Assembly (NCBI GenBank): GCA_040954595.2
Contig: CM082598.2
Coordinates: forward strand, 8,943,097 to 9,007,096
Direction: 5' to 3'
Length of the DNA: 64,000 nt
Origin: Balanoglossus misakiensis
Taxonomy: Eukaryota > Animalia > Hemichordata
Shown: positions 51,567-63,163 of the stretch, piece after piece
How the letters are laid out: the number at the start of each line of letters is the position of its first letter
Numbering within the stretch: the first letter of the stretch is position 1
The notes under the pieces: generated by a model
The model's input: only the letters and a program-made list of their open reading frames with translations
What the model was told of the DNA's origin: nothing
The model's database searches: none
Translations under genes and position numbers: made by a program

Positions 51567-54500
51567 ATTAGAAAACCCGTGTGGAAAGTATCTCTACCCG
51601 TTTGAAACTAAGAAAAGAATTTATTCTTATTTATTTTGTAAAAAAGACAATTTTTCGAGAAAAAAAAGTCGAAAATGGTAATTTTGTCTTGGGTGATTCA
51701 AATTATACCGCCTTTTCTGGAATTTGCAGCACTTTTTACAAGAGAACGACACTTCATGCTCCATAATATTTCCGAACAAATTACCATTTTTGTCAAAATA
51801 TGGCCAAAATATTCTTATTTATTTTGTAAAAAAGACAATTTTTCGAAAAAAGTCGAAAATGGTAATTTTGTCTTGGGTGATTCAAATTATACCGCCTTTT
51901 CTGCAGCACTTTTTACAAGAGAACGACACTTCATGCCTCATAATATTTCCGAAAATGAAGAAAAGAGTTAATTTTTTATGATTTTTTAAAAATTTACCAT
52001 TTTTGTCAAAATATGTCCAAAATGGCTATTTTTTCTTGAATTCCGTCAATATCTCTGCATTTTTGGAGTGGTCGAAAGTTTTAACATACAATCAACATGT
52101 CATATATGATCAGGGCACCAAATTCGAAGAACAAATGTTTTTTTATTTTTTTTTCTAAAAATGACATTTTCAAGGAAAATTTGGTAAAACGCAATTTTGT
52201 CTGCAGTGAGCCAAATTAGACGGTCTTTTGTGGAATTTGTATTGATATATTCATACGAAGAGCATTCTATACTCCATCAGATTTCCGAAAATGTAGAAAA
52301 GAGATATTTTTTGTAATTTTCAAAAATTTACCATTTTGACCAAATTGTGGCTAAAATTGTTATTTTCGTGTTGAATGCCGCCAGTGTCACTGCTTTTAAA
52401 AGGCATAAAAACTTTTAACATACAAGCAATTGTTTATATATGATCAGGTCACCGAATTAAAAAAATAAAGAAAGTTTTGCCTAAAAATGACCTTTTTGGT
52501 GAAAAAAACGAATATAACGCAGTTTTGTATTAAATCAGCTCATTCAGAGTGCATTTTTTATAATCAGCACCATTTTTACATATAATGGAAATTTCATACA
52601 TCATCAGATATCCAAATATGAAAAAATGATTTAGATTTTAGATGATTGTCCAAAATTAGCTGATATCTAATAGATGTAGTATTGAACCGTTCTGTTTCCC
52701 CCCCCCCCCCCCCGATTTCAGCTTACCCGGCAGTACTGCAGGCCGTGCCCGCAACTAACGTCGGTGTTTGAAACGCCCTGGTTAAATTCGGGCTTTCTCT
52801 ATAAATTGACAGGCAATAATGCAGTCCTACCCGAACAAATGTCGAGTGTTGGCCCGCTGTGACTTTCCCTCTTCGGTTTGCCCGACTTAGCCAACGTCTT
52901 TGTACTAGAGTGTCGGGTCTTTTGCAGAGCCAGGCCGAAGGAAATCCGACTTGATCACCGTTGCTAACGAACGCTAATGTCTGTCATGGTGTGCCGGGGT
53001 TTTAGTCGAGCCAGGCCGTAGGAGATCTGACTTGATCATCGTGGTCAATGTACGCGTGTTTCCGCTCTAAAGTGCCGGGGCTTCAGCTAAACCAGGCCGT
53101 AGGAAATCCGACGTAATCACCGTTGATAACTTACGCCAGTCTGTGTCATATATAGCCGGTGCACCAGCCGAGTCACGCCGTAGGAAATTTGACTTGATCA
53201 ACGTGGTCAATGTACGCCTGTTTCTGCTCTAGAGTGCCGGGGCTGCAGCTGAGCCAGGCCGTAGTAAACCCGACGTGATTACCGTTGTTAACCTACGCCA
53301 GTCTGTGTCCTATATATAGTGCCGGGGCATCAGCCGTGCCAGGCCGAAGGAAATGTGAGTAGACCAACGTGGTCTCTGTACGCGTGTTTCTGCTCTAGAG
53401 TGCCAGGGCTTTAGCCAAGCCATGCTGTAGGAAATCTGACTTGATCAACGTTGCTAACGAACGCTAGTGTCTGTCATAGTGTGCCGGGGTTTTAGTCGAG
53501 CCAAGCCGTAGGAGATCAGACTTGATCAACGTGGTCACTGTACGCGTGTTTCTGCTCTAGAGTGCCGTGGCTTTATCCAAGCCATGCCGTAGAAAATCTG
53601 ACTTGATCACCGTTGCTAACGTACGCTAGTGTCTGTCATATTGTGACGGAGATTTAGCCGAGCCAGGCCGTTGAAAAATCGACTTGTTCAACGTTACCAG
53701 TGTGCAACTGTTTCTGCTCTAGAGTGTCAGGGTTTTAGCCGACTTATGCTGTAGGAAATCTGAGTTGATGAACGGGAATTCAATGTTAGAAAACCCGTGT
53801 GGAAAGTATCTCTACCCGTTTGAAACTAAGAAAAGAATTTATTCTTATTCATTTTGTAAAAAAGACAATTTTTCGAAAAAAGTCGAAAATGGTAATTTTG
53901 TCTTGGGTGATTCAAATTATACCGCCTTTTCTGGAATTTGCAGCACTTTTTACAAGAGAACGACACTTTATGCTCCATAATATTTCCGAACAAATTACCA
54001 TTTTTGTCAAAATATGGCCAAAATGGCTATTTTTTCTTGAATTCCGTCAATATCTCTGCATTTTTGGAGTGGTCGAAACTTTTAACATACAATCAACATG
54101 TCATATAAGATCAGGGCACCAAATTCGAAGAACAAAGGTTTTGTTATTTTTTTTTCTAAAAATGACATTTTCAAGGAAAATTTGGTAAAACGCAATTTTG
54201 TCTGTAGTGAGCCAAATTAGACGGTCTTTTGTGGAATTTGTATCGATATTTACATACGAAGAGCATTCTATACTCCATCAGATTACCGAAAATGTAGAAA
54301 ACATTTATTTTTCGTAATTTTCAAAAATTTACCATTTTTGACCAAAATGTGGCTAAAATTGTTATTTTCGTCTTGAATGCCGCCAGTGTCACTGCTTTTA
54401 AGAGTCATAAAAACTTTTAACATACAAGCAATTGTTTATATATGATCAGGTCACCGAATTAAAAAAATAAAGAATGTTTTGCCTGAAAATGACCTTTTTG

Positions 54501-54840
54501 GTGCAAAAACGAATAAAACGCAATTTTGTATTAAATCAGCTCATTCAGAGTGCATTTTTCATAATCAGCACCATTTTTACATATAATGGAAATTTCATAC
54601 ATCATCAGATATTCAAATATGAAAAAATGATTTAGATTTTAGATGATTGTCCAAAATTAGCTGATATCTAATAAATGTAGTATTGAACCGTTCTGTCCCC
54701 CCCCACCCCTACATTATATGCGGTACGCCGATGTCAGCTTACCCGGCAGTACTGGAGGCCGTGCCCCCAACTAAGGGAGCCGTCATTATTTACGGCCTGG
54801 GGGGGGGGGGGGGTCGGAGGAATTACACTAGAAACTCCAA

Positions 54841-54892
54841 AATTTTGAGAAACCCCCCCTGCCAAGCATGCAGATTTTGAGAAACCCCCCCC
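54841..54892 (+). repeat. Subterminal repeats ATTTTGAGAAACCCCCC of the Harbinger-type element
   Basis: Copies at ~54842 and ~54874, and again in the same orientation near the right end at ~55869 and ~55901 (GAGTAACCC variant), with a degenerate copy at ~55838. Confidence 0.85.
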
Positions 54893-54962
54893 CTTCCAAC
54901 ACAGAAATTTCGACTGGCCCCCCCCTAAAACCGGAACAAGTACATATCAATACATGTATCTG

Positions 54963-55421
54963 TATTGAACACCTATTGCCTGGCCATGAGGGCCATAGCG
55001 GCCGTTTATTGCACCCGAGGGGCTGTGAGTTACCAGAATCATATGCTATTTCCCGAGGCCGCAGGCCGAGGCAAATAGCATATGATTCTGGTAACTCACA
55101 GTCACGAGGGGGTAAAAACGGCTGCTATGGCCCGAATATAGGCCAGGCTATAGGTGTTTTATAATAAACCTCATGCTAACAGCTGGGAAAATCTTGCAAT
55201 TTTCTCTTGAGGTTGACAGACGACATCTTCCGCGGTGGCCATTGTGTCAGACGAAGCGACGCTGATGGACGTGACCGAGTTTGCGCACTCACGCTGGTCA
55301 CGTGACCGGTTTATATTTTTTCTGCTATTTCCCTAGCGGTTCATAGTCGATTCTATTTTCCTATCACGTGACGGATTCTGGCGAATCACGACACAGTATT
55401 AGCATGAGGTATATTATAAAA
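54963..55421. mobile_element. Putative nested non-autonomous element (palindrome plus a 23-bp inverted-repeat-bounded segment; possibly Crypton-like)
   Basis: The palindrome abuts TTTTATAATAAACCTCATGCTAA (55157-55179), whose inverse TTAGCATGAGGTATATTATAAAA is at 55399-55421 (22/23 match). No clear TSD. Nesting and family assignment are inferences. Confidence 0.5.
54968..55158. repeat. 191-bp imperfect palindrome (long hairpin/cruciform)
   Basis: Perfect 29-bp stem 55023-55051/55073-55101; 18-bp arms 54990-55007/55116-55133 (1 mismatch); 18-bp arms 54968-54985/55141-55158 (1 mismatch); apex CCCGAGGCC-GCA-GGCCGAGG. Confidence 0.96.
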
Positions 55422-58400
55422 ATCACTATTACAGTAGTGTAGTAAAAGACCTTTCAACTCCAGGTTCACCCTGCTACATTGTAGGTGATCATCAATTGCA
55501 TCATGATGGATTGAAAAGGGTGAAACAACAAAACAATCTCAAAGTCACAACTAAATAATGATTACCGTAAAAGCTCACCATAACCAGTAACCATCAAGTA
55601 GCATTGTGTAATTTGGACAGGCATCGTTAAAAGTCAAAATGATTATCAAACTTTGTTGATATAATAAGGAGTAATGTTTTTTATGCATGATCAGGCAAGC
55701 ATGCCAATCCTTTATCAACAAATTTTGGGAAAAATACTTTGATAGTGCAGTGTGGACACTCTGGTGTTCCGCGACCAGCACTTGCACAGCACACAACTAA
55801 ATCTTTCAGTTGAAAAACTTTGATACATTTCCCAAAAATGAGTGACCCCCCCCCCCTCTTCATCTACAATTTTTGAGAAACCCCCCCTTGCAGCCTTCCA
55901 ATTTTTGAGTAACCCCCCCCCCCTTGATTCCTCCGACCCCCCCCCCCCCAGGCCATAAATAATGACGGCTCCCTAACGTCGGTGCTTGAAACGCCCTGGT
56001 TAAATTCGGGCTTTCTCTATAAATTGACAGGCAATAATGCAGTCCTACCCGAACAAATGTCGAGTGTTGACCCGCTGTGACTTTCCCTCTTCGGTTTGCC
56101 CGACTTAGCCAACGTCTGTGTACCAGAGTGTCGGGTCTTTTGCAGCGCCAGGCCGAAGGAAATCCGACTTGATCACCGTTGCTAACGAACGCTAGTGTCT
56201 GTCATGGTGTGCCGGGGTTTTAGTCGAGCCAGGCCGTAGGAGATCTGACTTGATCATCGTGGTCAATGTACGCGTGTTTCCGCTCTAAAGTGCCGGGGCT
56301 TCAGCTAAACCAGGCCGTAGGAAATCCGACGTAATCACCGTTGATAACTTACGCCAGTCTGTGTCATATAGAGTCGGTGCACCAGCCGAGTCACGCCGTA
56401 GGAAATCTGACTTGATCAACGTGGTCAATGTACGCCAGTTTCTGCTCTAGAGTGCCGGGGCTTCAGCTGAGCCAGGCCGTAGGAAACCCGACGTGATTAC
56501 CGTTGTTAACTTACGCCAGTCTGTGTCCTATATATAGTGCCGGGGTATCAGTCGTGCCAGGCCGAAGGAAATGTGAGTAGACCAATGTGGTCTCTGTACG
56601 CGTGTTTCTGCTCTAGAGTGCCAGGGCTTTAGCCAAGCCATGCCGTAGGAAATCTGACTTGATCAACGTTGCTAACGAACGCTAGTGTCTGTCATAGTGT
56701 GCCGGGGTTTTAGTCGAGCCAAGCCGTAGGAGATCAGACTTGATCAACGTGGTCTCTGTACGCGTGTTTCTGCTCTAGAGTGCCGGGGCTTTATCCAAGC
56801 CGTGCCGTAGAAAATCTGACTTGATCACCGTTGCTAACGTACGCTAGTGTCTGTCATATTGTGACGGAGATTTAGCCGAGCCAGGCCGTAGACAAATCGA
56901 CTTGTTCAACGTTACCAGTGTGCAACTGTTTCTGCTCTAGAGTGTCAGGGTTTTAGCCGACTTATGCTGTAGCAAATCTGAGTTGATGAACGGGAATTCA
57001 ATGTTAGAAAACCCGTGTGGAAAGTATCTCTACCCGTTTGAAACTAAGAAAAGAATTTATTCTTATTTATTTTGTAAAAAAGACAATTTTTCGAAAAAAA
57101 GTCGAAAATGGTAATTTTGTCTTGGGTGATTCAAATTATACCGCCTTTCCTGGAATTTGCAGCACTTTTTACAAGAGAACGACACTTCATGCTCCATAAT
57201 ATTTCCGAAAATGAAGAAAAGAGTTAATTTTTTATGATTTTTTACAAATTTACCATTTTTGTCAAAATATGGCCAAAATGACTATTTTTTCTTGAATTCC
57301 GTCAATATCTCTGCATTTTTGGAGTGGTCGAAACTTTTAACATACAATCAACATGTCATATACAATCAGGGCACCGAATTCGAAGAACAATTAAAGCTTT
57401 TTTTAATTGTTTTTCTAAAAATGACATTTTCAAGCAAAATTTGATAACATGCAATTTTGTCTGCAATGAGCCAAATTAGACTGTCTTTTGTGGAAATTGT
57501 ATCGATATATACAAACGAAGGGCATTTTATACTCCATCAGATTACAGAAAATGTAGAAAACAGTTATTTTTCGTTATTTTCAAAAATTTACCATTTTTGA
57601 CCAAAATGTGGCTAAAATTGTTATTTTCGTCTTGAACGCCGCCAGTGTCACTGCTTTTAAGAGTCATAAAAACTTTTAACATACAAGCAATTGTTTATAT
57701 ATGATCAGGTCACCGAATTCAAAAAATAAAGAATGTTTTGCATAAAAATGACCTTTTTAGTGCAAACAGTGAATAAAACGCAATTTTGTATTAAATCAGC
57801 TCATTCAGAGTGCATTTTTAGAATCAGCACCATTTTTACATATAATGGAAATTTCATACATCATCAGATATCCAAATATGAAAAAATGATTTAGATTTTA
57901 GCTGATTGTCCAAAATTAGCTGATATCTAATAAATGTAGTATTGAACCATTCTGTTCCCCCCCCCTACATTATATGCGGTACGCCGATGTCAGCTTACCC
58001 GGCAGTACTGCTGGCCGTGTCCCCAACTAACGTCGGTGTTTGAAACGCCCTGGTTAAATTCGGGCTTTCTCTATAAATTGACAGGCAATAATGCAGTCCT
58101 ACCCGAACAAATGTCGAGTGTTGGCCCGCTGTGACTTCCCCTCTTTGGTTTGCCCGACTTAGCCAACGTCTTTGTACTAGAGTGTCGGGTCTTTTGCAGA
58201 GCCAGGCCGAAGGAAATCCGACTTGATAACCGTTGCTAACGAACGCTAGTGTCTGTCATGGTGTGCCGGGGTTTTAGTCGAGCCAGGCCGTAGGAGATCT
58301 GACTTGATCATCGTGGTCAATGTACGCGTGTTTCTGCTCTAAAGTGCCGGGGCTTCAGCTAAACCAGGACGTAAGAAATCCGACGTAATCACCGTTGATA

Positions 58401-61400
58401 ACTTACGCCAGTGTCTGTCATGGTGTGCCGGGGTTTTAGTCGAGCCAGGCCGTAGGAGATCTGACTTGATCATCGTGGTCAATGTACGCGTGTTTCCGCT
58501 CTAAAGTGCCGGGGCTTCAGCTAAATCAGGCCGTTAGAAATCCGACGTAATCACCATTGATAACTTACGCCAGTCTGTGTCATATAGAGCCGGTGCACCA
58601 GCGGAGTCACGCCGTAGGAAATCTGACTTGATCAACGTGGTCAATGTACACCTGTTTCTGCTCTAGAGTGCCGGGGCTTCAGCTGAGCCAGGCCGTAGGA
58701 AACCCGACGTGATTACCGTTGTTAACTTACGCCAGTCTGTGTACTATAGAGCCGGTGCACCAGCCGAGTCACGCCGTAGGAAATCTGACTTGATCAACGT
58801 GGTCAATGTACGCCTGTTTCTGCTCTAGAGTGCCGGGGCTTCAGCTGAGCCAGGCCGTAGGAAACCCGACGTGATTACCGTTGTTAACTTACGCCAGTCT
58901 GTGTCTTATATATAGTGCCGGGGCATCAGCCGTGCCAGGCCGAAGGAAATGTGAGTAGATTAACGTGGTCTCTGTACGCGTGTTTCTGCTCTAGAGTGCC
59001 GGGGCTTTATCCAAGCCGTGCCGTAGAAAATCTGACTTGATCACCGTTGCTAACGTACGCTAGTGTCTGTCATATTGTGACGGAGATTTAGCCGAGCCAG
59101 GCCGTAGAAAAATCGACTTGTTCAACGTTACCAGTGTGCAACTGTTTCTGCTCTAGAGTGTCAGGGTTTTAGCCGACTTATGCTGTAGCAAATCTGAGTT
59201 GATGAACGGGAATTCAATGTTAGAAAACCCGTGTGGAAAGTATCTCTACCCGTTTGAAACTAAGAAAAGAATTTATTCTTATTTATTTTGTAAAAAAGAC
59301 AATTTTTATAAAAAAAGTCGAAAATGGTAATTTTGTCTTGGGTGATTCAAATTATACCGCCTTTCCTGGAATTTGCAGCACTTTTTACAAGAGAACGACA
59401 CTTCATGCTCCATAATATTTCCGAAAATGAAGAAAAGACTTAATTTTTTATGATTTTTTACAAATTTACCATTTTTGTCAAAATATGGCCAAAATGACTA
59501 TTTTTTCTTGAATTCCGTCAATATCTCTGCATTTTTGGAGTGGTCGAAACTTTTAACATACAATCAACATGTCATATATAATCAGGGCACCGAATTCGAA
59601 GAACAATTAAAGCTTTTTTTAATTGTTTTTCTAAAAATGACATTTTCAAGCAAAATTTGATAACATGCAATTTTGTCTGCAATGAGCCAAATTAGACGGT
59701 CTTTTGTGGAAATTGTATCGATATATACAAACGAAGGGCATTCTATACTCCATCAGATTACAGAAAATGTAGAAAACAGTTATTTTTCGTTATTTTCAAA
59801 AATTTACCATTTTTGACCAAAATGTGGCTAAAATTGTTATTTTCGTCTTGAACGCCGCCAGTGTCACTGCTTTTAAGAGTCATAAAAACTTTTAACATAC
59901 AAGCAATTGTTTATATATGATCAGGTCACCGAATTCAAAAAATAAAGAATGTTTTGCATAAAAATGACCTTTTTAGTGCAAACAATGAATAAAACGCAAT
60001 TTTGTATTAAATCAGCTCATTCAGAGTGCATTTTTAGAATCAGCATAATTTTTACATATAATGGAAATTTCATACATCATCAGATATCCAAATATGAAAA
60101 AATGATTTAGATTTTAGCTGATTGTCCAAAATTAGCTGATATCTAATAAATGTAGTATTGAACCATTCTGTTCCCCCCCTACATTATATGCGGTACGCCG
60201 ATGTCAGCTTACCCGGCAGTACTGCAGGCCGTGTCCCCAACTAACGTCGGTGTTTGAAACGCCCTGGTTAAATTCGGGCTTTCTCTATAAATTGACAGGC
60301 AATAATGCAGTCCTACCCGAACAAATGTCGAGTGTTGACCCGCTGTGACTTCCCCTCTTTGGTTTGCCCGACTTAGCCAACGTCTTTGTACTAGAGTTTC
60401 GGGTCTTTTGCAGAGCCAGGCCGAAGGAAATCCGACTTGATCACCGTTGTTAACTTACGCCAGTCTGTGTCCTATATATAGTGCCGGGGCATCAGCCGTG
60501 CCAGGCCGAAGGAAATGTGAGTAGATTAACGTGGTCTCTGTACGCGTGTTTCTGCTCTAGAGTGCCGGGGCTTTATCCAAGCCGTGCCGTAGAAAATCTG
60601 ACTTGATCACCGTTGCTAACGTACGCTAGTGTCTGTCATATTGTGACGGAGATTTAGCCGAGCCAGGCCGTAGAAAAATCGACTTGTTCAACGTTACCAG
60701 TGTGCAACTGTTTCTGCTCTAGAGTGTCAGGGTTTTAGCCGACTTATGCTGTAGCAAATCTGAGTTGATGAACGGGAATTCAATGTTAGAAAACACGTGT
60801 GGAAAGTATCTCTACCCGTTTGAAACTAAGAAAAGAATTTATTCTTATTTATTTTGTAAAAAAGACAATTTTTATAAAAAAAGTCGAAAATGGTAATTTT
60901 GTCTTGGGTGATTCAAATTATACCGCCTTTCCTGGAATTTGCAGCACTTTTAACAAGAGAACGACACTTCATGCTCCATAATATTTCCGAAAATGAAGAA
61001 AAGAGTTAATTTTTTATGATTTTTTACAAATTTACCATTTTTGTCAAAATATGGCCAAAATGACTATTTTTTCTTGAATTCCGTCAATATCTCTGCATTT
61101 TTGGAGTGGTCGAAACTTTTAACATACAATCAACATGTCATATATAATCAGGGCACCGAATTCGAAGAACAATTAAAGCTTTTTTTAATTGTTTTTCTAA
61201 AAATGACATTTTCAAGCAAAATTTGATAACATGCAATTTTGTCTGCAATGAGCCAAATTAGACTGTCTTTTGTGGAAATTGTATCGATATATACAAACGA
61301 AGGGCATTCTATACTCCATCAGATTACAGAAAATGTAGAAAACAGTTATTTTTCGTTATTTTCAAAAATTTACCATTTTTGACCAAAATGTGGCTAAAAT

Positions 61401-61959
61401 TGTTATTTTCGTCTTGAACGCCGCCAGTGTCACTGCTTTTAAGAGTCATAAAAACTTTTAACATACAAGCAATTGTTTATATATGATCAGGTCACCGAAT
61501 TCAAAAAATAAAGAATGTTTTGCATAAAAATGACCTTTTTAGTGCAAACAATGAATAAAACGCAATTTTGTATTAAATCAGCTCATTCAGAGTGCATTTT
61601 TAGAATCAGCACCATTTTTACATATAATGGAAATTTCATACATCATCAGATATCCAAATATGAAAAAATGATTTAGATTTTAGCTGATTGTCCAAAATTA
61701 GCTGATATCTAATAAATGTAGTATTGAACCATTCTGTTCCCCCCCCCCTACATTATATGCGGTACGCCGATGTCAGCTTACCCGGCAGTACTGCAGGCCG
61801 TGTCCCCAACTAACGTCGGTGTTTGAAACGCCCTGGTTAAATTCGGGCTTTCTCTATAAATTGACAGGCAATAATGCAGTCCTACCCGAACAAATGTCGA
61901 GTGTTGACCCGCTGTGACTTCCCCTCTTTGGTTTGCCCGACTTAGCCAACGTCTTTGTA

Positions 61960-63163
61960 CTAGAGTGTCTGGTCTTTTGCAGAGCCAGGCCGAAGGAAAT
62001 CCGACTTGATCACCGTTGCTAACGAACACTAGTGTCTGTCATGGTGTGCCGGGGTTTTAGTCGAGCCAGGCCGTAGGAGATCTGACTTGATCATCGTGGT
62101 CAATGTACGCGTGTTTCTGCTCTAAAGTGCCGGGGCTTCGGCTAAACCAGGCCGTAGGAAATCCGACGTAATCACCGTTGATAACTTACGCCAGTGTCTG
62201 TCATGGTGTGCCGGGGTTTTAGTCGAGCCAGGCCGTAGGAGATCTGACTTGATCATCGTGGTCAATGTACGCGTGTTTCCGCTCTAAAGTGCCGGGGCTT
62301 CAGCTAAACCAGGCCGTTAGAAATCCGACGTAATCACCATTGATAACTTACGCCAGTCTGTGTCATATAGAGCCGGTGCACCAGCGGAGTCACGCCGTAG
62401 GAAATCTGACTTGATCAACGTGGTCAATGTAAACCTGTTTCTGCTCTAGAGTGCCGGGGCTTCAGCTGAGCCAGGCCGTAGGAAACCCGACGTGATTACC
62501 GTTGTTAACTTACGCCAGTCTGTGTACTATAGAGCCGGTGCACCAGCCGAGTCACGCCGTAGGAAATCTGACTTGATCAACGTGGTCAATGTACACCTGT
62601 TTCTGCTCTAGAGTGCCGGGGCTTCAGCTGAGCCAGGCCGTAGGAAACCCGACGTGATTACCGTTGTTAACTTACGCCAGTCTGTGTACTATAGAGCCGG
62701 TGCACCAGCCGAGTCACGCCGTAGGAAATCTGACTTGATCAACGTGGTCAATGTACGCCTGTTTCTGCTCTAGAGTGCCGGGGCTTCAGCTGAGCCAGGC
62801 CGTAGGAAACCCGACGTGATTACCGTTGTTAACTTACGCCAGTCTGTGTCCTATATATAGTGCCGGGGCATCAGCCGTGCCAGGCCGAAGGAAATGTGAG
62901 TAGATTAACGTGGTCTCTGTACGCGTGTTTCTGCTCTAGAGTGCCGGGGCTTTATCCAAGCCGTGCCGTAGAAAATCTGACTTGATCACCGTTGCTAACG
63001 TACGCTAGTGTCTGTCATATTGTGACGGAGATTTAGCCGAGCCAGGCCGTAGAAAAATCGACTTGTTCAACGTTAACAGTGTGCAACTGTTTCTGCTCTA
63101 GAGTGTCAGGGTTTTAGCCGACTTATGCTGTAGCAAATCTGAGTTGATGAACGGGAATTCAAT
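61960..63163. repeat. Expanded 81-bp array (15 monomers)
   Basis: Cores 61989 to 63127 = 1138 = 14x81+4. Confidence 0.93.

Larger units (their letters stand above)
54775..55973. mobile_element. Non-autonomous PIF/Harbinger-type DNA transposon (MITE-like), 1199 bp
   Basis: The empty site in other units is CCCCAAC-TAA-CGTCGGTG; here it reads C-TAA-[GGGAGCCGTC...GACGGCTCCC]-TAA-CGTCGGTG. This gives a 3-bp TAA TSD (54772-54774, 55974-55976). TIRs are GGGAGCCGTCATTATTTAYGGCCT(G)13-15TCGGAGGAAT at 54775-54823 and 55927-55973. A TAA/TTA TSD with G-starting TIRs is characteristic of PIF/Harbinger. No transposase ORF. Confidence 0.92.

Noticed and set aside
54683-55863. ORFs overlapping the insertion (54683, 54868, 55575, 55681)
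   Set aside because: Short, run through TIR, homopolymer or palindrome sequence, and show no DDE, Myb/SANT or recombinase motifs.
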